Source of the DNA: Prevotella sp.
Lineage (GTDB): Bacteria > Bacteroidota > Bacteroidia > Bacteroidales > Bacteroidaceae
DNA length: 64,000 nt
Direction: 5' to 3'
Assembly: GCA_017524385.1 (NCBI GenBank)
Contig: JAFWSS010000005.1
Location: 10,195 to 74,194 of the forward strand
The notes under the pieces are model-generated. The model was not told the origin of the DNA, did no database searches, and worked only from the letters and a program-made list of their open reading frames with translations. Numbering within the stretch: the first letter of the stretch is position 1; every line of letters starts with the position of its first letter. The position numbers and the translations under genes are program-made. Positions 9,201 through 17,802 of the stretch are shown one piece after another.

Positions 9201-10374
9201 ACCTGTTCTTATGCTTCATATACCATTGATGCGTAAATGCCATATACAACAGTAATGCCACCACATCTAGTGTCAAAGCGATGACCACCACCACCTTCCA
9301 AGCCGGCAACTCTCCAACATAGGGGAGAACAGCAGGGGTGCTTCTTTCCAATCCCAAAAACAACCCCAAGGCCAGTCCCATCTCCCACGTCAGGAAAAAG
9401 GAACTTTGAGATGTTCCACGTTGGCAATGGTCACTCAACTTGATGAAAAAAAGAAGAAACCTCGATGCTATGATGCCCGAACCAAGTCCTACAAGAATGG
9501 GAATGGTAACAAAAGTTTGATCAGTTTCCACCAGCATGAGCAACAATGCGAATCCCACCAAGAGCATGCCCGCAATAGCCTCACTCATCAATTCCGCATT
9601 GGCAAACACGTATTTCTCCGCCATGATGGCCAACAAAAAACCCACTAAGAGGAATGCGAAAAAAGAAAGATCCAACATTTGGATCGAAAGAATCATGCCT
9701 ACGACAATGGATATGAATAATAGATTGACCGTCAATCCCCATGAAGCAGGAAGGATAAACCTGTCAAGACTCAACAATTTGATGTTGTCGCCTGGAGAGC
9801 GGAAAGGGCATCCCACCATCATCACCATCAAGAATGCGACAGATGCACACCCCACAGATATCCAAGAGAGGACGCCGACATCAAAGAGGTGAAGAAAAAG
9901 AAGTGCGATAAAGGGACCCAATGCCAATGCCAACCGCCCAAACCATGCGACAGCGTAATTGGCTTCCGTGCGTTGATGTGATTCGCACGTATCGACCACT
10001 AACGTACTATACAGCACCATCTCTGCCAAGCCGTAGCAAATGCCAGTGGCCAACCTCACCCATGTCATCCCACCAAATGGCAAGTCATGAAAAAGGGGTG
10101 TTGCCAGACACGCCAACACACCAAGTATGGCATACCAACACACATGGTTTCGACGATATCTTTCTACAAGGAACGAAACGAACATCCCCATCACCACTAG
10201 GCCGATTCCGAAAGCCCCCATCGCCACAGAAGACTCTTCATGAGATGGACATATGAAAAACGTCATCACCATTTGGACGTTCACTGCCATTCCCAACAAC
10301 AGGTTGGCAATGGCCAAAAACCAGAAATCCTTGTTCCATAGTCGAACGTGAACAGGCGTGTTTTGAGTATACAT
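9199..10374 (-). CDS. MFS-type membrane transporter
   Basis: About 11-12 hydrophobic segments; LWNKDF N-terminus; VERYRR loop; QRGT..S.F motif. Confidence 0.75.
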   Translation of the reverse strand: MYTQNTPVHVRLWNKDFWFLAIANLLLGMAVNVQMVMTFFICPSHEESSVAMGAFGIGLVVMGMFVSFLVERYRRNHVCWYAILGVLACLATPLFHDLPFGGMTWVRLATGICYGLAEMVLYSTLVVDTCESHQRTEANYAVAWFGRLALALGPFIALLFLHLFDVGVLSWISVGCASVAFLMVMMVGCPFRSPGDNIKLLSLDRFILPASWGLTVNLLFISIVVGMILSIQMLDLSFFAFLLVGFLLAIMAEKYVFANAELMSEAIAGMLLVGFALLLMLVETDQTFVTIPILVGLGSGIIASRFLLFFIKLSDHCQRGTSQSSFFLTWEMGLALGLFLGLERSTPAVLPYVGELPAWKVVVVIALTLDVVALLLYMAFTHQWYMKHKNR

Positions 10375-10396
10375 GGTTCTGTCTGCCTAAGAAAGA

Positions 10397-11062
10397 CTAT
10401 GACCGCTTTTTGAAATGGTCTAATGCCAAAAGGCACACTGTCTCATCAAAATGAGAGAAATCATCCATTACCACATCACATAACGAGGCTATCTCACTGG
10501 CAGGATTGGTTGTCGCCAATCCCACGACCGGCATACTCGCTGCCCGCCCCGACTTTAGTCCATTGAAACTATCCTCAAAGACCAAACACTTGGCAGGTGC
10601 AACTCCTAATTTGGTGGCAGCCTTGAGATAACATTCCGGGTGAGGCTTGCTTTGGGTGAAATCCTCAGAAGTAAGGACAATGTCAAACATCTGTTTGAAT
10701 TCGGGATGGGCCTTGTAGACGCATGTCATCTTAGGTATGTTGGAACTCGTGACCAATGCGGTGTAAATTCCATTTTCCCTCAACCAGTTCATGGCATGCT
10801 CAAACCCCTTGATATAGGCATACTCCATCTGTGCCTCAAAAATGTTGAGGCGTTTCAAAATGTCTGCTCTCGAAGCAGGGGATTCAAAATTTGCATCAAA
10901 AATCTGGTCTAGCGTCTGCCCCTTGATTCTGTTCTCCAGTCCGGGTTGGTCGGGATGGTATTCACGACACACCCCACCCCAGAATACGGAATACTGAGGC
11001 TCGGTATCCACCACCACGCCATCCAAATCGAAGAGTGCTGCTTGAAATGGTAATTCAATCAT
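10397..11062 (-). CDS. HAD-family phosphatase (beta-PGM/CbbY-like)
   Basis: FDLDGVVVDT motif I, VTSS, KPHPECY, FEDSFNG. Confidence 0.9.
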   Translation of the reverse strand: MIELPFQAALFDLDGVVVDTEPQYSVFWGGVCREYHPDQPGLENRIKGQTLDQIFDANFESPASRADILKRLNIFEAQMEYAYIKGFEHAMNWLRENGIYTALVTSSNIPKMTCVYKAHPEFKQMFDIVLTSEDFTQSKPHPECYLKAATKLGVAPAKCLVFEDSFNGLKSGRAASMPVVGLATTNPASEIASLCDVVMDDFSHFDETVCLLALDHFKKRS

Positions 11063-11081
11063 ATCATCATATTTACGGGTG

Positions 11082-11200
11082 CAAAATTAGCAAAAATTAA
11101 CGAAATCGGCAAGATTGTCCGCATAAAAAGGGAAAAAACACACAATACAGGAAAAAAAGTCACTCATAATTGTATTTTAATAGAAAAAACACTATCTTTG
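11082..11200. promoter_or_regulatory. Divergent promoter pair (-7 boxes)
   Basis: Minus-strand TAATTTTG (11082-11089) for the HAD gene; plus-strand TATCTTTG (11193-11200) for the gene at 11214. Confidence 0.6.
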
Positions 11201-11213
11201 GGGGCAATCAAAC

Positions 11214-12944
11214 ATGACCATGATGAAAAAGCTACAACATCTTTTATTATTGTCCATCATTCTTGGCATATGCTCCATGGCTAAAGCAGGAGAGGTGACC
11301 ATCAAACTCAGTGAACAAGGCTATGACAATGCAGAAGACGTCAGCACACTGACAGTAGATGGCATCACTCTTACGTTCAGCAAGGCTAATGGAAGTTACA
11401 GCCCCAAATACTACAACATAGGCAATGCCGTCAGGATTTACGGCGGCAACACGCTCACTGTTGATGCCGATTCACACGACATCATACAAATCACAATGGT
11501 TTTCCAAAAAAGCAATAGTCCTTCAAATAGCGATTTCAGTGTTGACTGCGGAAGTGCCACTATTGGTGTCATCACGACTTGGACCGGCAATTCCAACACC
11601 GTGGTGTTCACCAACACAGCCTCAACCGGGCATTGGCGTCTGCAAACCATCACCGTTGAGACCCAAGTGCCTGTCCTGCCTGTCACAGACGTAACCTCCA
11701 TCACCGCCTTACGCGCACTGGAGGACGGCACGAAGGCACGACTCACCTTCGGACGCGACAATCCTGGAAAAATAGAGTACGTGCACGAAGGGGATGTCAT
11801 CACCGCCTATGTACGTGACAACGATATGGCAGTGAGTTTCAAGGATTTCCTCCCCGATGATGCGGGTTGGCACACCAACAGCGGTGGTGCACTCATTGGC
11901 AGCGTGGATGGTGAATACAATCTCAACAACGGAATGCCGGAATTCACCCATGTCAGCACATCCATTGCCGACTCCATTCTCTGCTTGGACAACTGGGAAA
12001 TGCCCGCGCCCCTTCTGGTGAGCAACCTATCCGATCTGGCAGACGTGACCCACCGCGCCGACTATGTGGCGGTGGAAAATGTCACCATCGGCATCGACGA
12101 CCAAGGTTATTTTATGGGAAGCGAGGGGCAGACAATCGCCTTGGACAACTATTTCGGAATGAGTGACAACATCCCCGACGACCTCAGGGGAAGGACGTTC
12201 AATGTCGCCGGCATTCTGGATGCCTCCGAGGACGGTAGCTGTTCGGTCCTCCATTACACACAAATCGATGAGATTGTTCCCGAAATCGCATTGGGTGAGA
12301 CACTCCATACCAATTTGGCCACCATTGGCAGCTATGACGACAGGTTGGTCAACGTCACCATTGACAGGAACCTTGTCACCAATACATGGAACACGCTCTG
12401 CCTGCCCTTCGACATCTTTTGTTTCTCCGACATCGTGTCTTCTGCCAAACTGGCTGAGTTCACAGGCTACAATGCCGCCGACAACAGTCTGGAGTTCACC
12501 TCTGTGAAAGACCTTCAGGCCGGTGTTCCTTACCTCGTATTCCCCGTCGAAGAGGTTGATGAAATCACCGTTCAAGGAGCCAATATCCAAAGTGGCCTTT
12601 CACCAATTATCTTCGGCACTTATGAGATGGTGGGCATCTACGAACCCACCACGCTCTATGCCGGCGATACCAGCGTACTCTTCCTCGGCAACAACAACAC
12701 GCTCTACTATCCCAACGTCACTAACGAGTTGAAAGCGTTCCGCGCCTATTTCCAGACAACGAACACACAACCCGCCAACATCTTCGTCGACGGTGTGATG
12801 ACCAACATCACCACAGCCACTCTCGACGGTGAATCTTCCGACGGACCCATCTACAACATCGGAGGCCAAATGGTTAGCACCTCCAAAGGCAAGCTACCCA
12901 AAGGCGTTTATGTGAAATCAGGCAATAAAATGGTCATCAGATAA
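11214..12944 (+). CDS. Secreted beta-rich protein with probable T9SS C-terminal sorting domain
   Basis: Signal peptide; WNTLCLPF...KAFRAYF module; C-terminus IYNIGGQMV...LPKGVYVKSGNKMVIR typical of Prevotella T9SS cargo. Confidence 0.72.
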   Translation: MTMMKKLQHLLLLSIILGICSMAKAGEVTIKLSEQGYDNAEDVSTLTVDGITLTFSKANGSYSPKYYNIGNAVRIYGGNTLTVDADSHDIIQITMVFQKSNSPSNSDFSVDCGSATIGVITTWTGNSNTVVFTNTASTGHWRLQTITVETQVPVLPVTDVTSITALRALEDGTKARLTFGRDNPGKIEYVHEGDVITAYVRDNDMAVSFKDFLPDDAGWHTNSGGALIGSVDGEYNLNNGMPEFTHVSTSIADSILCLDNWEMPAPLLVSNLSDLADVTHRADYVAVENVTIGIDDQGYFMGSEGQTIALDNYFGMSDNIPDDLRGRTFNVAGILDASEDGSCSVLHYTQIDEIVPEIALGETLHTNLATIGSYDDRLVNVTIDRNLVTNTWNTLCLPFDIFCFSDIVSSAKLAEFTGYNAADNSLEFTSVKDLQAGVPYLVFPVEEVDEITVQGANIQSGLSPIIFGTYEMVGIYEPTTLYAGDTSVLFLGNNNTLYYPNVTNELKAFRAYFQTTNTQPANIFVDGVMTNITTATLDGESSDGPIYNIGGQMVSTSKGKLPKGVYVKSGNKMVIR

Positions 12945-12959
12945 CGAGGAGGAAAAACA

Positions 12960-14039
12960 ATGAAAAGATATATCATCATACTCGCCACGCTGCTGACCTC
13001 ACTCACGGCAATGGCACAGGAAGAGAGAGACACCGTGGTCATCACGTTGCAGGATGGCTCCGAGGTGAGATATACCGATGACCAATTCGACCGTGTCCAA
13101 GTCATTTTCAACCTGAGATATGGCGTGAAAGTCTATCTTAAGAACGGCAAGTCGAAAGACTACCTGGCCACTAAAGTGGAGGTGCATGAATACCTTGGCG
13201 GCGGCGGTGTCGTCACCGACAACAACACCAACCGCAACCTCTACCGCGCCAAACTTCTGGAATATCCCCATCTTGCCGCTGACTCCACCATGAACCAACT
13301 CATCATCAAGTCGACCGAAGACTATGGCATCACCTACAGTCTGGAATGGAGCTATGCCGACAAGGCCAATCGTTGGACATGTTATGAGTTACATTCAGGT
13401 AATAATTTCAGAGGAGATTCGGTGGTACGCCAAGATGACTTCAGGGAGGACCCGGAGATAGCCCCCCAATATCGTTCTACTCTTAATGATTACAGCAAAT
13501 CAGGCTTCTCGCGTGGTCATCTGTGTCCCTCGGCCGACCGTTTATGTTCGAATGACCAGAACTCCCAGACATTCTTCTTGAGCAACATGCAACCCCAGTG
13601 GCAGAATCATAATGGTGGATTGTGGAGCAATTTGGAAAGTTTGGTCCATGGCTGGTCAGACAATTGCGACACGCTCTATGTGGTCAAGGCAGCCACCATC
13701 CGCAGCGACCAAGTTTACGAAGAGAAATGCAACAACAAGCTGCTTGTGCCCAAATATTTCTACATGGCCATTCTGTCATATGACAAGGAAGACAACAGTT
13801 ACAAAGCCATCGGACTTTGGACTGTACATGAAAACGTGAGTGACAAAAACAAAAACTATGGCGACTACGCCATATCCATAGACAAACTGGAAGAACTGAC
13901 CGGTATCGATTTCTTCTGCAACCTGCCCGACGATATTGAAGATGCTGTGGAGAATCAATGTGAAAAGAAATATGACCCAGATACAAATAAATGGTATATA
14001 GATAATTGGGGCATCACTTGCACACCACCCGACCCATGA
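12960..14039 (+). CDS. Secreted DNA/RNA non-specific endonuclease (NucA/EndoG family)
   Basis: Signal peptide; GFSRGHLCPSADR (DRGH variant), TFFLSNMQPQ, NGGLWSNLE, SIDKLEELTGIDFF. Confidence 0.9.
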   Translation: MKRYIIILATLLTSLTAMAQEERDTVVITLQDGSEVRYTDDQFDRVQVIFNLRYGVKVYLKNGKSKDYLATKVEVHEYLGGGGVVTDNNTNRNLYRAKLLEYPHLAADSTMNQLIIKSTEDYGITYSLEWSYADKANRWTCYELHSGNNFRGDSVVRQDDFREDPEIAPQYRSTLNDYSKSGFSRGHLCPSADRLCSNDQNSQTFFLSNMQPQWQNHNGGLWSNLESLVHGWSDNCDTLYVVKAATIRSDQVYEEKCNNKLLVPKYFYMAILSYDKEDNSYKAIGLWTVHENVSDKNKNYGDYAISIDKLEELTGIDFFCNLPDDIEDAVENQCEKKYDPDTNKWYIDNWGITCTPPDP

Positions 14040-14049
14040 CATTCCTTCC

Positions 14050-14088
14050 ATGACAAAAGCCATCGCTCTAGACGATGGCTTTTGTCAT
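14050..14088. terminator. Bidirectional terminator hairpin
   Basis: 16-bp stem atgacaaaagccatcg / cgatggcttttgtcat between convergent genes. Confidence 0.85.
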
Positions 14089-14117
14089 ATTACATTTCAT
14101 TCTTTTTCTCACATTTT

Positions 14118-14798
14118 TTATCGCGCCTGTTGCAATTCCCTGATGAGCTGCCGTTGCCGCTCGGTGAGATTGGTGGGCAACTTTACATTGTAGGTGATGA
14201 TAAGGTCGCCAAAAGTACCATCCCCTCGGTCCATACCCTTGCCCTTGATCCTCACCTTGGTCCCGTTCTGGGTCTCGGGCTTCACCTTGAGCTTGATTTT
14301 CGAACCGTTGCTGAGGGCAACAATCACCTCGCCACCTAACAAAGCGGTATATAAATCAATGTCCATACTGGCCATCATTTCTCCCTTACCTTGACGCGAA
14401 GTGGATTGACGCCGTGACGACCCACCTCTATTCCCGAAAATCTGCTCGAAAAAGCTGCTGAAGCCCCCACCTCCTTGACTGAAGACGGAGAAGTCGAAAC
14501 CGTCGAAGGGCGACCCTCCACCACCCGACTGCCAGTATTGGCCGCCTCCGCCAGCATTCTCGAAAGCCTCGGCTTGACGCCATTGTTCGCCATACTTGTC
14601 ATATTTCGCACGTTTCTCTGGGTCGCCAATGACCTCATAAGCCTCGTTGAGGGCCTGGAACTTGGCCTTCGCCTTCGGGTCGTCGGGATGAAGGTCGGGA
14701 TGGAATTGCTTGGCTCTTTTCAAATAAGCCTTTTTCACTTCATTCTGGGGGATGTTCTTGTCGACACCCAGAATCTTGTAATAGTCAATAAATGCCAT
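14118..14798 (-). CDS. DnaJ/CbpA-like J-domain co-chaperone (short form)
   Basis: [11 protein letters not shown] motif, G/F-rich region, a single C-terminal subdomain (LYTALLGG...GDLII). Confidence 0.9.
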   Translation of the reverse strand: MAFIDYYKILGVDKNIPQNEVKKAYLKRAKQFHPDLHPDDPKAKAKFQALNEAYEVIGDPEKRAKYDKYGEQWRQAEAFENAGGGGQYWQSGGGGSPFDGFDFSVFSQGGGGFSSFFEQIFGNRGGSSRRQSTSRQGKGEMMASMDIDLYTALLGGEVIVALSNGSKIKLKVKPETQNGTKVRIKGKGMDRGDGTFGDLIITYNVKLPTNLTERQRQLIRELQQAR

Positions 14799-14826
14799 GA
14801 TATGCCTCCTTTTTTACCCATATCAA

Positions 14827-14843
14827 TGCAAAAAACGTGCCAA
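14827..14843 (-). promoter_or_regulatory. Sigma54 (RpoN)-type -24/-12 promoter
   Basis: Minus strand TTGGCACGTTTTTTGCA, with GG-N10-GC spacing, about 30 nt upstream of the J-protein ATG. Confidence 0.7.
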
Positions 14844-14902
14844 TTTTTGAACATCCAAGGCATATAAGTCTTATAAGACCCAAATGGCTCTTCGTAGAAT
14901 CA

Positions 14903-17743
14903 TTAGCTTCTGCTGACTTGCAATCCTGTGCAGCTGAGTTGCATATCAACAAACCTTGCATTGCTGTTCAGGCGGTTGGCAAGAAGAGTCTGTCGGACAC
15001 GTGCTGCTGCTTCAGGGTCTTTAGCCACCATGTAGAGATATCCACCGCCACCGGCCCCAGGTAGTTTATATCCAAGGCAATAGTCGTGAATCATCCTGGT
15101 GAGTTTCTCCACCTCTGGAGGATTGGTGCCGCTGTCAAGGAGTTGGTTCTGCTCCCAGGTCTTCGCCACGAGTTTTCCCATCCTTGTGAATTCGTTGCGT
15201 TGGATGGCTTCATACATGTCGATGGCGTGCTCTTTCATGGAGCGCAGCAACTGCAATTGGTCATGGTTGTTGAGGAACATCCTCCTCACGATTTCCGTCA
15301 GTATGTTTTTCGCCGTTCTCGTAATGCCGGTATAGAAAAGTAGGTGGCACGACTTGTAGTCGGGCTGCGTGTATATTTCCGATGGCAACCATCTGACGGT
15401 GGGACATTGGCTGAAGCCACTTGGTGTCTGCAGCAGTTTCACTCCTTGCAGCAATCCTCCGAATTGGTCTTGCCATCCACCGCCCGTGGTGAGCAACTGC
15501 TCGAGCACGAGTGTGCGGTAACCTATCTCCTGCTTGTCCCACATCAGACCGCAGAAGTCGTTGAGCGCCCCCAGGACGGTTGCAGCGAGAATACTACTTG
15601 TTCCCAAGCCACTGCCGGCAGGTATGGCAGAGAGGAGCGTCAGTTCGATGCCACACCCGAATGCCCGGAGTTGTTCTTCCAACGAATTGTATGCCAATGT
15701 GGAGAATCCGGGTTGGAAACCCGCCAGCACCATTGCCGCCTTGGGTATGGAGAAGGGACTTCCTACATGGTGAAAGTCGGCCAGTTGTTCGTAAGATGTC
15801 ACTGTTTCCGCAGCGCCGAGGTCGATGCTGCGGAGTACCACCTTGAATTCTTTCGAAGGTCGCACATAAGCCTGTATGGGAGGTTGGCCGTTGAGCTCGA
15901 TTGCGATGTTCACCACGTCTCCACCTTCCATAAGGCAGAAAGGCGGCGTGTCTGTCCAACCACCGGCGATGTCGATACGCACGGGACTTCTCCCCCACAC
16001 GATTTGGTCGGCATAGACCGACATGACAGGTTGCTGCTTGACAGCAAGTGCAGTAGCGGTCAGTCCGTCCTTGAGCAATTGGAAGGCCTTCACTTCCTGT
16101 TCCTCGCCGGAGAAGCCCTTGAGTGAACGCAGCCTCGCCCTGAACATCGCGTCATGTATCCTTGTCATCAATGGCTCATCCTCCGGGATGGGGTGTGGTT
16201 CGGCGATGTGTGCACGAGCAAAGTCGGTTGCCGCGTCGTCGAGGTCAACTTGGTAAAAGATGCTATGTTGGTAATTATTCGCAATGAAAGGCCAGTTGAA
16301 CATACGGTTCTCCTTTCTCTGCTGCGTCAGTCTGGCAAGGTTGGCGTTGAGAGAGATTTCGTCTGCACTCATCTTCTTCGCGTCATTCCAAATCATTTTG
16401 CCACCATCCTGCCAATGTTCGGAAAGCATCCAACGCAGCACCAAACCCATGTCGCGCACGTTGTCCACCACGGGGAAAATCTTTGCTTTCTGCAAGTCTT
16501 CCTTTCCCTCTATGGACGAGATGTCAAGACCTCGCCGTTTCGCCCAGTCTGCAAAAGGCTCACCGATGAAGATGGTGTGAGGGTCGGTCAGTTCGCCACG
16601 GAACAAGTCATTATATCCATAGGGTCTCACCACCCATTGGTCGTCCCCCACCGGGACGATGTCGATGCATTGCAAAGGTTCGAGTCTCAACCGCCAGTTG
16701 TTTTCCGGCACACCTGTCACGATGTTGTCACGCGAGAGCATCCATTGCTCTGAGATACAACTGTTTTCAATCCATAGGTTTTGGTTGTCAAGACCATATT
16801 TCACCCACACCTGCGCGTTCTGCACGATGATGGATGGGTGTGGCTTCCTTGACTTGTGCATGATTTCCCTTTGGTCGTTCACCAGGTTTTGTATGGCCAA
16901 TGTGGAAGAGATGAGTTCGTGACTTGTTCCATAATGATAGAACTCTCCGCCTGGCAATGGCAGAACAGCCACCTTTAGTGCGTTTACGTCCTTGTCGGCA
17001 ATGACGGGATGTGTGCCCAAAGCCCCGCCGAAAGTGGTGTACATGTCATATTCCACCACCTCCCCGTCGCGCTCACAGTGTTTCATCAACACGCTCATGG
17101 CCTTGTCGCTGAACAGCCACACACCGATGTCGGTGAGATAATAATGGTCGTGACGCAACTGGCTGAGTTCTGCGATGGAAGGCTTTTGCAGCATGCACTT
17201 CAGCATTGAAGGATTATGACGGTCGGCCACGAACACTCCGTGCGAAGTGGCGACATCGTCGCTGAGCCATAGTCCGAAACACACCACGTCGGCCTCTGGG
17301 ATTTCCGGTAGCGGTTTGGTGGTACGGATGAACACGTCGCCACTCACCACCATGGTGTGCAGGCTTTCTGGTGCCGCACTCATGATACGTTCGTAAAGTG
17401 GTACTTGAAGCGACAAGAGGTCTTGAGATAGTTTCTGCCCTCTCTCCCATCTGAACACGGGAATGGGTGTGAGCACTTTCCCTGACGGTGCATACGACGG
17501 GAGCCTTCTGCTCTGCCCCCCTGCATGGAGCAACAAGCGTCTGTCGGAAGCGAGCCATTGCATGAAGTCGGTTCCCGGGGCTTCCGCCTTGTGACATTGC
17601 CTTAGCAACCATGTCGTTCCTCCCCCACTTCCGAGTTTGCACCCAACAGGGTCGTTGGTACAAAACCATTGTTGCGGGTCATATCCTGTGATTTGGTGGA
17701 AGCACCCCACCAGGTTTGGAGGAAGGGAGAGCAGTTTCTGCAT
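14903..17743 (-). CDS. fkp: Bifunctional L-fucokinase / GDP-fucose pyrophosphorylase
   Basis: LGSGGGT, LHAGGQSRRLPSYAPSGK; GHMP kinase motifs RIDIAGGWTDTPP, PAGSGLGTSS, GGGWQDQ, GAGGGG. Confidence 0.95.
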   Translation of the reverse strand: MQKLLSLPPNLVGCFHQITGYDPQQWFCTNDPVGCKLGSGGGTTWLLRQCHKAEAPGTDFMQWLASDRRLLLHAGGQSRRLPSYAPSGKVLTPIPVFRWERGQKLSQDLLSLQVPLYERIMSAAPESLHTMVVSGDVFIRTTKPLPEIPEADVVCFGLWLSDDVATSHGVFVADRHNPSMLKCMLQKPSIAELSQLRHDHYYLTDIGVWLFSDKAMSVLMKHCERDGEVVEYDMYTTFGGALGTHPVIADKDVNALKVAVLPLPGGEFYHYGTSHELISSTLAIQNLVNDQREIMHKSRKPHPSIIVQNAQVWVKYGLDNQNLWIENSCISEQWMLSRDNIVTGVPENNWRLRLEPLQCIDIVPVGDDQWVVRPYGYNDLFRGELTDPHTIFIGEPFADWAKRRGLDISSIEGKEDLQKAKIFPVVDNVRDMGLVLRWMLSEHWQDGGKMIWNDAKKMSADEISLNANLARLTQQRKENRMFNWPFIANNYQHSIFYQVDLDDAATDFARAHIAEPHPIPEDEPLMTRIHDAMFRARLRSLKGFSGEEQEVKAFQLLKDGLTATALAVKQQPVMSVYADQIVWGRSPVRIDIAGGWTDTPPFCLMEGGDVVNIAIELNGQPPIQAYVRPSKEFKVVLRSIDLGAAETVTSYEQLADFHHVGSPFSIPKAAMVLAGFQPGFSTLAYNSLEEQLRAFGCGIELTLLSAIPAGSGLGTSSILAATVLGALNDFCGLMWDKQEIGYRTLVLEQLLTTGGGWQDQFGGLLQGVKLLQTPSGFSQCPTVRWLPSEIYTQPDYKSCHLLFYTGITRTAKNILTEIVRRMFLNNHDQLQLLRSMKEHAIDMYEAIQRNEFTRMGKLVAKTWEQNQLLDSGTNPPEVEKLTRMIHDYCLGYKLPGAGGGGYLYMVAKDPEAAARVRQTLLANRLNSNARFVDMQLSCTGLQVSRS

Positions 17744-17802
17744 GATTGATGATAAGAAATTTTAGTGTTGAATGAAGCTTCTAACAGTTGTTTTCTTTAT
17801 TG

